This document shows, in pieces, positions 54,073 to 64,000 of a DNA stretch of 64,000 nucleotides; within the stretch, counting starts at the first letter, position 1; every line of letters begins with the position of its first letter. Source of the DNA: Octopus vulgaris (taxonomy: Eukaryota). The notes under the pieces are model-generated. The model was not told the origin of the DNA and searched no databases. It saw nothing but the letters and a program-made list of their open reading frames with translations. Where the stretch lies: NCBI GenBank assembly GCA_951406725.2, contig OX597828.1, forward strand, positions 28,954,001-29,018,000, written 5' to 3'. The position numbers and the translations under genes were made by a program.

Positions 54073-54267
54073 TGTTATATATATATATATGGTGGTGATC
54101 CCTGCTATACTCTTTCACTGCATCTTTCTCTCACTCTTTCTTCTGTTGACCTGCTCGCTTAGCCAGCGGAGTGGCGTCATTGAAGGCTAAAACATTGCGA
54201 AGCGCATTGTGACCAGCGATGTGTAGCAACATCTGATGGTCTGGTCGGTCACGTGTGTGTGCGTGTG

Positions 54268-54310
<43 letters not shown>

Positions 54311-54581
54311 AATATATATCCACACATATACACACATATATACATATATAACTCCATATAAGTAGGTGTATATGGTTGTGTGCCCAACCACATGTTTCTG
54401 GGTTCAGTCCTACTGCTTGGCACCTTGGGCAAGTGCCTTACACTATAGCACCAGGCCGCCAGCGAATTTTTTTTTTTTTTTTCATATTTCAAAGTTTAGC
54501 TGTTCGAAAAATGTTCCTCGCTACTAATTCACTGGGATGTAAACATACTGACCGGTTTGGGGACAAACACAATGACATGTA

Positions 54582-54668
<87 letters not shown>

Positions 54669-55211
54669 ACGATGGGCTTACACAGTTTCCATCGACCAAA
54701 TTCATTCAAAATTCATTTGTGAACTGAGGGCTATAGCAGAGGACACTTGTCCGAAGTGCCGCACGGTAGAACTGAACCCAAAACAACGTGGTTACGAAGC
54801 ATACTTCTTAACCACAGAACCATGCTTACGCCTAATCGGCATGAAAGAATCTTGTTTAGCTTCCTTGATCTGGGATGATTTGGGACAAGAAGACACAACG
54901 ATGGTGAAACACCGGATGCCCCACACTCGTTTCAGCAAATGAATCAAGTGCGTTATGAACATGAATTCGTCTAAAAGGAGAAACTCTTCTCCTGTGATAA
55001 GCACGACACCGATTAGCTTGTTCGTGTTCGAATTCGCCGCAGCGACTTAATAATAAATATGAAAGTCGTTGCCGTCATCGTGGTGAAAGATATTAAAAAT
55101 CAATGAGAATAATTATTAATAATTGAAAATAAATGGGAATGTCTTTGATGAAATTATTTACTTGTAATTTGTAAATAAACATTTATTTGTATTGCGCGGG
55201 GGGGCGTCAAA

Positions 55212-55258
<47 letters not shown>

Positions 55259-55330
55259 AATATATATATATATACACATATATACATACATACATATACA
55301 TATACATACATGCATGCATACATACATATC

Positions 55331-55386
<56 letters not shown>

Positions 55387-55562
55387 AATATTTTCTCATA
55401 TATATATGTATATATGTGTGTGTGTGTATGTATGTATGTATGTATGTATGTATGTATGCATGTATATGTACAAATGCACTTACATGTGAGTATATGTATA
55501 CATACTGACAGATAGACAGATACACACACACACAAACACACAGGCACACACACGCATATATA

Positions 55563-55619
<57 letters not shown>

Positions 55620-58600
55620 GATAAGGGATGTGGAGAGTATCGATCCACCCTCTCTAAGACAGCAGTCATTAGACTTCTGGGGAGGACCATATCAGAAGTC
55701 TACAAATACTTGTTAAGCGCTTCCCTCATTAAGTCTGGTATTTCAAAGCGGAAACAGTTAACGCAATGACATTGTGGACTTCAGCGGGAATTTTAAAACA
55801 ATTTGTCCAGTTGACCCCCAAGTGTTAAGAATTATTCCATTTATTTTCTGTTTAATGTGTCTTTACTTAGAAGTTTTCACATAATGGTTGTAGCTTGAGT
55901 TTGGCTTGGGTGCGATATCACTTGCTCAACGACATCAGACCACGAAATTCTGATGTGATAGCAATATTTTCTGTAAGACTATAAATGTACGAATCTTTTG
56001 GTCGACTTGGATTGAGGAAACTGGGTGTATTTTCCGAAAGGTCCAGATCTCGAACTACGACGCTCTTCCGGTGCCAGAATGGCTTTTAGATGTCATCTAG
56101 ATATGATCGGCAGCATAAGCCTTTGACTTGTACTACGAGTGGGGCGGGGCACCTAATTTTCTTTGGGTGCCCTGAAGTTGCTCAGACACCCCTTCGGTTG
56201 TATATGGGAAATCGGCATGAGAGGGACATTTAAAGCCGCGGTAACTTGCTCAGGCATTTCCTACTATAGAGTAAGCATCGAGTGGATTTTCTGAATACAT
56301 CAATGTCAATTTAGACAACTTCTAGACATTATTTAGGTAGAATAATATTTCTTATCTCAGGGACAAAAATAGCATAAAGTATCCACAATTTCGGTTGGTT
56401 GGTTACATAGATCAGAGGCTTGTGCTTTGCTCGATTAATCTAGACAGAATATATGGCAAGTAAGGCAGAATCGTTAGCACACCAGGTGAAATGCTTAGTG
56501 GTATTTCGTCTGTCTTTACGGTCTGAGTTCAAATTCCGCCGAGTCGATTTTGTATTTCATCATTTCGGGGTCGATAAATTAAGTACTAGTTGCGTACTGG
56601 GGTCGATCTAATCGACTGGCCCCCTCCCCACAAATTTCGAGCCTTGTGCCAAGAGTTGAAAAGAATATTGTCTGAGGCGGCGAGCTGGCAGAAACTTTAG
56701 CACGCCGGGTGAAATGCTTAGTGGTATTTCGTCTGCCGCTACCTTCTGAGTTCAAATTCCACCGAGGTCGACTTTGCCTTTCATCCTTTCGGGGTCGATT
56801 AAATAAGTACCAGTTACGCACTGGGTTTGATATAATCGACTTAATCCGTTTGTCTGTCCTTGTTTTTGTCCTCTCTGTGTTTAGCCCCTTGTGGGTAGTA
56901 AAGAAATAGGTATTTCGTCTGCCGTTACGTTCTGAGTTCAAATTCCGCCGAGGTCGACTTTGCCTTTCATTCTTTCGGAGATCGATAAATTAAGTACCAG
57001 TTTCGTACTGGGTCGATCTAATCGACTGGCCCCTTCTCCAAAAGTTTCGGGCCTTGTGCCAAGAGTAGAAAAAATTATATGGCAAGTGCCCAGCTACTAC
57101 ACGATAAACGTACCGTTGCCGACGGCAAATCCCTCTGAAGAGAGCAATTTGAGATAGAAAACAACAGATTAATAAGCGCTAGTCAGCACACTGAAAGAAA
57201 TGACTCGAAACGATAAGTTAAGGTGTGTGTTCTAATACACAGTGAGCGAAGGCCATTTGATAAACCATGTAAAAGCGGTATGCTATGTAGAAACAAAGCC
57301 CCAATTAGATCATTGATAAACCTCTATATGTGCATGCTATTCGTTTCCAGACAGATGTATAGTCTTCTAGATGCACTTTCCCGACTGTGTGGGGATTGAG
57401 GTGGACCAAATAACGGTCCTTAGTACTTATCTTGTCGACTTATCGCAGCATTTGGCAACAAAGGAGGAATGTTGTGAAGAATGGCAGGTAAGTGGCCATT
57501 CACCCGGTTTGGATGATCTTCCCTACAAACTTTATGGATACATGATAAATTTGTTCATCCCTCTCTTGGCAGGCATCTATAGCAACTGACAACAGTTTGA
57601 GAACATGGCCAGCTGTTTTAGTAGATGAAGAATGCGATCAGAAAGAGACATCATCGATAAATTTCGTCTATAACTCTGCGGAACCCAGAATTTAATATTT
57701 TGGCCAAAGTGCTCGCTAAGAAGTTGGTTCTTGCTGTGGGTCGTTTGCCTGGAATTGTGCAGACCAACGCGATTTCCATCAGATCAATTCCCAATCATCT
57801 TCAGGTCATGCAGTAAAACGTAGAGAGAGAGAGAGAGAGAGAGAGTGGATTAGGCTGGTTTTAGTGATCACTCCAAAACTCCCTCCAGTATCGACCATGA
57901 GTGCTTTGCGGCTGTTCGACGTGTAACTGGCCTCAGTCTCCTTTTCAGAGTCTAGATTGCTTCAGTACACAGTGTAGTCTGCTCGATGGTCGGATGGCAA
58001 ATCTCGATCACAGTCTGTCAAGTGTGGTATGTTCTTTCACCTGTTCTGTCACTAAATCATTGATGCGGAAGTTAGACTTACTAAAGATTTATGCTTTCTA
58101 ACTGGAGTGTGGCAGCGCCGTGTTGGCAGACGTACAGGGTGTCACTGTTATGATACCAAAATCGAGCCGGTCGGCATCAAGTTGGAGAAATACGATTTAA
58201 TAACGGGGGCATACATTTGGAGGAGTTTGTGGTCTTGCAAGTCTGCCCCTGGACAGATGCCATTGGTCGTTGACCCGAAGGACCTGTAAGATGTTTGGGA
58301 TCTGATGTTGGTCAGATGTATAGACACTGAAGCAAGGCTAGGAGGTGGGTGGCTAATCCCACGTAGAAATTAGCTTATTGGAAGCTATCTCTGAAAGAGC
58401 AGTCTGAAATGGCGAACGCTTACATTATCTCTGTAATTTACTCTAGATTTCCTTTACCTATATTGGAGAATCTGCTATTTTCATTTGAAAAGGACGCATT
58501 CCACCGATCAGAAAGTCCGTCCACTTGCAGCCCTTTCTATGCGGATAGCTCGGTGTGTCGTGGCTGATTACGCGCAGGTCGGCGTTTGAGTATCTGCTGC

Positions 58601-61600
58601 ATCTACAAAGATTCTTGAACGATGACCATACATGGCTGCTGTTTGTCAGGAATGTCTATCTATAACTCATCTCTTTGACGATTTACATCCGTCAGAGAGG
58701 CGTTGAATAATATAAATTAAAGAGATATATCGCTGTTGATGTTATCTACCAGCCGACAAACACTTTAGTGTTTTAATAATCTGCGGTGATATGCCAAAGT
58801 GTATATCGTCCACGTTAGCGCCTACTTTTTTGATTTACAAAGCTTCTTACAAAATATCAACTATCCAAACAAATTAGACATTATTCAAATAAATAAAACA
58901 ATCGCACAAATAATTTGTTAAATTTTCCCTGCGTATTTTTTCCCCTTTCAGACACGTGATTTGCTACCAGTTCTTCACAGATTACGTTTGGACGATAATA
59001 TGAAAGAGCAAGAACTTGAGGTGAGATTAATACAAGTTTACGAAGCTTTAGTTATTGTTGTTGTTATGTCTATAGATATTGTTGTGTAGTCTCAGGTCGG
59101 CCCTGATCGAATGTACCCATGTCTCGGGGATGATCAACTGATCCACGCACTTTGTTTCCATCGAACAAATATATTTGACCTTTTTCTTTACACTCTGTTT
59201 CAGTCGTTAGACTGCGGCCATGCTGGGGCACCGCCTTGAGTTTTTAGTGGAACAAATCGACCCAAGTACTTACCTTAAAGTCTGGTACTTATTCTATCGC
59301 TTTATTTTGCCGAAATGCTAAGTTATAGGGATATAAACAAACCAATACCGGGTGTCAATGGCGGTGGAGGACAAACACACACACGTACGCGCGCGCGCAC
59401 ACACACACACATACATACGATAGGTTTCTACATAGTTTCCGTTTACCAAATTTATCACAAGGCAATGGCCAGCCCGGGGCTATACTAGAATACTCTAATC
59501 CAAGGTGCCGCACAGTGGGTTTGAACTAGAGATGTGGTTGCAAAGCGAACTTCTTAACCACACATCTATGCCTGCAAATTAAACTGATAACTTCGATTAA
59601 TTCTCAGGAAACGTCTTTGCTTTTTGACGACAGAAATTATAAACCTTTAAATATTTCATTGAAAGATGTTCCAAGACCATGAAAGACGCAAAAGTTTCTG
59701 TTAAAATTTAATTTCAGTAGAGAAATATATTTTTATTAAATATAATTATATGCTTAGAGGGTCAATTAGGGAGCCTCTGTGCGTTCTCTTGCCCTGCTAA
59801 AAATAGCAACCAAATCCCTTGAAATATATTCATCAAACAGGCGCCCTGCCTGTGTCCAGGCGTCGGCTTGCCAAGACTTTCCAGTTCGCTCTATGTTCTG
59901 CTATATGCAAATAATCAACCTACTCTTGTTAACAATCTTTTTATGTCGTCCGACCACAAACGTCTTTGGCAGCCTCTTGCTCCCTTCTCCCCTACACTTT
60001 CAGTCAGGATAGTCCTGGGCAGTGAGTTGTGGTGCATTGTATGTACAAATTCTGATAGCTTTGAGGATTTGAATCTTGGACTTTCAGATTTTCTACCGCA
60101 GCCACATTTGTTATCCTGTCTTTTCTTCTAATTTATTTTGCCCGATCTGCAAATAGGCTTCTATCTTTTCCTCTATAACTGTGTACATTGTCCAAGCTTC
60201 TGTCCCGTAGAGGAAAATTGGCATTAGATGTCAGTTTACTCGCCTCTGTTTTTGGTGAAGTTTTATGCCTTTTGAGAGGAAGATCTTTTTCGTTCTTATA
60301 ACTATTTTTTTTTTTGGCCTTAATTATAAGATATTGTCTTCGAAAAGTTCGGATATAATGATCAATATAGTCCCTGATATACGAAAAAAAATATACAGGA
60401 TAGTTACATCTGGAACGCCTTTTGATTATAGGAAAATTTAATCAGGACAGACTAAACAACTAATTGTACTGAACAAAATGTAGTCCCAAATGCAATGTAT
60501 TTTTTTTTTTTTTTTATTACAGTGATTCCTTACTTCTCAGTAGCAGAGTAATTAATGAGCGGAAGAAGTACGTTCTTGCAAATAGTCTTTACTAAATTAC
60601 TTATTGTCACACATTCTATTAACTGGGGGGGGGGGGATGAAAGGCAAAGTTAGTTCTGCTGAGGATTGGCATCGGAATTCATAAAAATACCTATCGGCCG
60701 CAGAAACCCGTGTTATAATGAGGAGGCCGCGATATAAATTTACATGTGTTAGCCAGAAAAATCTGAGGGCGTGATAGGTGAACCGCGATGAGAGAATTTG
60801 ACTTCGTGGGAAAATGAAACAAAATACCTGTAAAGCATCTAGCCTGGTGCTGAAACTGTTTCTGTTGCTTCGTTAAATTCTAGAAGGTGGGGAATTGGCG
60901 GTGGCCATACAGCGTTGGAAAGAATGCCTTGTTGTATTTATTCCGATCCTCTGCGATTTGAGTTCAAAGCCTGGGGGGGAGAAATTTACTTTTTATATTT
61001 TCAGATGCCATAACTCCCATCCAAGTACTAACGGCAACAATAACAAAGGTGTTAGGGGTGATGTGGTCGCAGAAATTGTCTGACAGCCATGACTGGGTTT
61101 TCCTGCTTGTGTGGCATGGTGTAGAGTCTTGTTGCCAGACATAGGGTCTTCCAGCAGCCAACCTCTTAACCCAGGGCAGCACTGCCTCCTCCAGGCACTT
61201 GCTGTAGGCCTACGTTTTGAGTCAGAGAACGTGTGGGAATCTGAATGGAGGCATAACGTTGCCATCATTAGTGATCACTCGAAACACCGTGACGTTAACT
61301 GGATGTAAAGTGATCAACAAAGGGTTATTCATATCGCAAACCCACCAATCATTGCTATAGACGTGACGAGAAAGAAAGAAAGAAAATTCCTTCTAGGTGG
61401 ATTCTTTCAGCATTTTTCCCCCCAGAAAAATTGTATTGGTTTGGTCTGAAGAAAGGGACTGAGTGTCCATCGCCCTTGCGGGACCGATGAAAGCAGAGAG
61501 ATCTACACAGTTAACATTTCACTAACGGTTGTTAGTCTGTTGGGGAAAAAGGAAAAAGAAAAAACAAGGGCAAGAAAGGAATTCTAAAGGGCCACCATCT

Positions 61601-61845
61601 TAAGGAAACACACCTCTTGTTCGTTAGTAATTATGCTGCTGTATGTTAGTATTGAACCTACCGACTTTCTTTATTGATATCGCTTAAATTAACACATACT
61701 TTATTATTATTACTAAACCTTCATTGAGTATTTTTTTTCATAATCTTCTTTCTAGTTACTGATGTTTGTGAACCAGTTGTCCGGTCCTGATATTGGTTTG
61801 TCTGCATGTGATATAATAGTCATAACACGGCAAACTTTGCTAACC
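49884..61845 (+). CDS. Gene B: gustatory receptor-like protein, 3' partial (401 aa in window); join(49884..50927,58952..59020,61756..61845), last exon outside the window
   Basis: Seen: hydrophobic 348-codon exon ([13 protein letters not shown] near the N-terminus); GT-AG phase-0 junctions; spliced frame PAKINAE|[14 protein letters not shown]|[30 protein letters not shown]|. Exon sizes are identical to gene A. The family call is inferred from similarity to gene A. Confidence 0.87.
51010..51645 (-). mobile_element. 5'-truncated R4/Dong-like non-LTR element (Zn knuckle plus RLE) inside (TAA)n
   Basis: Minus strand reads [87 protein letters not shown]; (TAA)/(ATT) repeats on both sides. Confidence 0.88.
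52333..53393. mobile_element. AT-rich foldback element with about 200-250-bp inverted arms; left arm split by a SINE
   Basis: 52333-52545 plus 52963-53000 is the reverse complement of about 53182-53393 (catgcatacgatcgtttcgaatggtaatattaacatgt / acatgttaatattaccattcgaaacgatcgtatgcatg). Confidence 0.7.
52546..52960 (+). mobile_element. Full-length family-2 SINE (tRNA head, CORE-like cttgggcaagt, internal microsatellite, (AAAGAGT)-like tail)
   Basis: tggctgtgtggtaag A box, gggttcagtccc B box, tail aaagagtaaaagagtaaagagag. Confidence 0.88.
53427..53805. repeat. Palindromic repeat with a perfect 116-bp hairpin; related half copy at about 16340-16495
   Basis: Perfect arms 53513-53570 and 53571-53628, plus an extra tandem arm 53427-53512. 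Confidence 0.85.
56455..57075 (+). mobile_element. Tandem family-1 SINE copies
   Basis: Head and core units repeated; each copy ends gccttgtgccaagagt.gaaaa. Confidence 0.85.
57340..58700 (+). mobile_element. Highly decayed L1/Tx1-like LINE fragment, related to 17470-20155
   Basis: [31 protein letters not shown] and aagctatctctgaaag are similar to the other copy. Confidence 0.65.
58952..59020 (+). CDS. Gene B exon 2 (69 nt, [23 protein letters not shown])
   Basis: Acceptor ttttttcccctttcag, donor GAG|gtgaga; homologous to gene A exon 2. Confidence 0.88.
59190..59575 (-). mobile_element. Family-2 SINE
   Basis: gactgcggccatgctggggcaccgcc...ccaaggtgccgcacagtggg..gaac matches family 2 in reverse. 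Confidence 0.78.
59930..60330 (-). mobile_element. Decayed RTE-like LINE fragment
   Basis: Minus strand reads [23 protein letters not shown], resembling the post-RT LYGxEAWT motif. Confidence 0.5.
61045..61310 (-). mobile_element. Tc1/mariner-superfamily transposase fragment
   Basis: [50 protein letters not shown], matching the QQDxAPxH catalytic-Asp motif. Confidence 0.8.
61756..61845 (+). CDS. Gene B exon 3 (90 nt, [30 protein letters not shown])
   Basis: Acceptor taatcttctttctag, donor ACC|gtaagt; homologous to gene A exon 3. Confidence 0.9.
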
Positions 61846-62884
61846 GTAAGTATGAGATAAATCTTACATGTCCACTGCGATATGCTATAAAGATGGTTGC
61901 ATCAATCAGCTGAAAAAAATCTCTTTCGTTGAATGCGACTCTTTATTTTATTTGGTGCTCGTCAGAGTATTTGTCTTCTATGCTGTTATAGACTGAAAAA
62001 CATATCTTAAACTCAAATTCTTACCACTTACAAAGTTATACGATATCTATTGACAGTTATATGAAATGGCCTATAATTGAGTATCAAGTTTTGTTGCCAA
62101 GCATACAATTGACAAAGCATACAATTGACAAATACTATTGACAAAGTAATCCTGCAATTTAACGCCTTGACCAGCTGTGATTCTAAACATTTCTTTGTTG
62201 TTATTGAATTTTTTCTCACGGAAAGCCGTTGAGCTGGGAGAATCGTTCAGCCGTAGGACAAAATACGTTGACAGCATTTCTTCGGCTTTACGTTTCGAGT
62301 TCAAATTATACCGAAGTCGACTTTTCCTTTCCTTTTTCCCAGAGTCGATAAAATGAATATCAGTTGAGCATTGGTGACGATATGATCGACTCGTCGCGTC
62401 TCCCAAAATTTCAGGCTTTGTGCCAATAGTAGAAAAAAAAAAAAATTTCTTGTGAAATAATCAGTTCACGTTTTTATGTCCATCTATCTTTTTATTTCAA
62501 TGATGAATTCACGACCGTTTTCCAGGGACTGAGACCTGGAGAGGAAAGAAGGATTTTATTCCAAGGCTGGAAATCTAACCCGAAGGCTTGTAATATGGAG
62601 GTCTCCACTTTGGACCAAAGTAGCAGGTAGTAGTGTTAAAGAGAGCCTCGGAGCCTCGGATTAGGTGGTTATATCTCCCAAGAACAGGAACAGGTCTTCG
62701 ACAGGTTTCCATACCAGTTCCGTTTACTAAATTTCTCTCGCAAGTCTTTGGTCAACTCGGAGGTATGGCGGTAAAGATTTCTGTAAATAAATCATTCCTG
62801 GTGAATCTCTCAAAAGAGATGAATGCGCTAAATGAATATTCACGACCCTGACTATCTCCTTTTCCTTCATATACAATAATCACA

Positions 62885-63347
62885 TGCCATTTCGCGGTTC
62901 ACCTATCACGTCCTCAGATTTTTGTGGCTAACACATGTAAATTTATATCGCGGCCTCCTCAGTATAACACGGGTTTCTGCGGCCGATAGATATTTATTTA
63001 TTTTTTAGATTTTAATCATTTCTGTGGTAAAATAAGCATTTTAATGACTAAAAATTAATAAATTAATAAATAAAAATACAGTACTGCACTATACAACACA
63101 TTAATTAAAATAAATTGAAAGAAAATACGTAGTGACTGCAGATGAGTAAACAGAGAATCGCACTTTATGGAAAATGAAATTAGGGAGGCGAGTGTGAGGT
63201 GTTGCTTTGCATTTATAATAAAATAAATATATGCAAATTATAAAAATAATGAGAAAATATATACAGTACTGTTTCTACTTCACGGATTTTCACCTATCGC
63301 GGGGCGTTTTGGAACGTAACACCTGTGATAGTCGAGGGATTACTGTA
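62885..63347. mobile_element. pogo/Tigger-like non-autonomous DNA transposon remnant
   Basis: Ends in cgagggattactg|ta (reverse complement TA|CAGTAATCCCTCG); internal ttcacctatc[a/g]cg repeats; an inverted fragment lies at 60691-60788. Confidence 0.55.
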
Positions 63348-63510
63348 TAAAACTTGTACAGCACTTCAAACAATCTACGCACACATAGACACACAAAGAC
63401 ACACAGACACACACGCGCGCGCGCGCGCGCATATAGACAAATTGACATATATATGAGGTATCCTGTTAAAGGTCACCACTTTTGTGTATAAATACGTACA
63501 CTATTATATG

Positions 63511-63582
<72 letters not shown>

Positions 63583-63785
63583 TGTATCATCATGTATGTG
63601 TGTGTATGTATTTGTTGACGTTGCTGTATGTTGACAACGGTTTCCGTCCGCCCAATTACACCGACAGGGTTTGGATGAAACCGATGGTGCAAAGACACCT
63701 GTTGCTAATTTCATCTTGCAGGCTCGACCCTGGGACCTAATGTTTGCAAAGCAAACTTCTTAACGACTCAATTACGTCTACTTCT

Positions 63786-63839
<54 letters not shown>

Positions 63840-63965
63840 ACACAGAGTCATGCACACATATGAACACGCAGATGGTATATATAAATGTATGTGTGTGTGT
63901 GTGTGTATATATACATATATGATATGTCTCTGTGTATTTATTAATGCGTGTATGTATATGTATAT

Positions 63966-63997
<32 letters not shown>

Positions 63998-64000
63998 TGT

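Noticed and set aside
55620-56290. Complex sequence that might be a decayed coding fragment
   Set aside because: Stops in the frames I read and no motif I could recognise; BLASTX would be needed.

Overview
AT-rich, intron-containing animal DNA packed with microsatellites, tRNA-derived SINEs and decayed LINE, Penelope, mariner and Helitron fragments. The repeat landscape suggests an octopus (cephalopod) genome; this is inference, not a database match. Nearly all ORFs in the supplied track are microsatellite or transposon artefacts. The real coding content is two divergently transcribed, spliced genes that look like insect gustatory-receptor-like (GRL, 7TM ion channel superfamily) proteins. Gene A is on the minus strand and complete: 37039-35966, 30374-30306, 25795-25706 and 12588-12502, giving 439 aa that end in the signature TYLVLLIQF. 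Gene B is on the plus strand: 49884-50927, 58952-59020 and 61756-61845, with its last exon predicted beyond the window. Both share a large first coding exon, 69-nt and 90-nt internal exons, and phase-0 introns at homologous C-terminal positions. The small exons were found by reading splice sites by eye and are not in the ORF track. Secondary observations include hammerhead-like motifs in palindromic repeats, a SINE with a 73-bp target-site duplication, (TAA)n-associated R4/Dong-like fragments and several foldback structures. Repeat boundaries are approximate.
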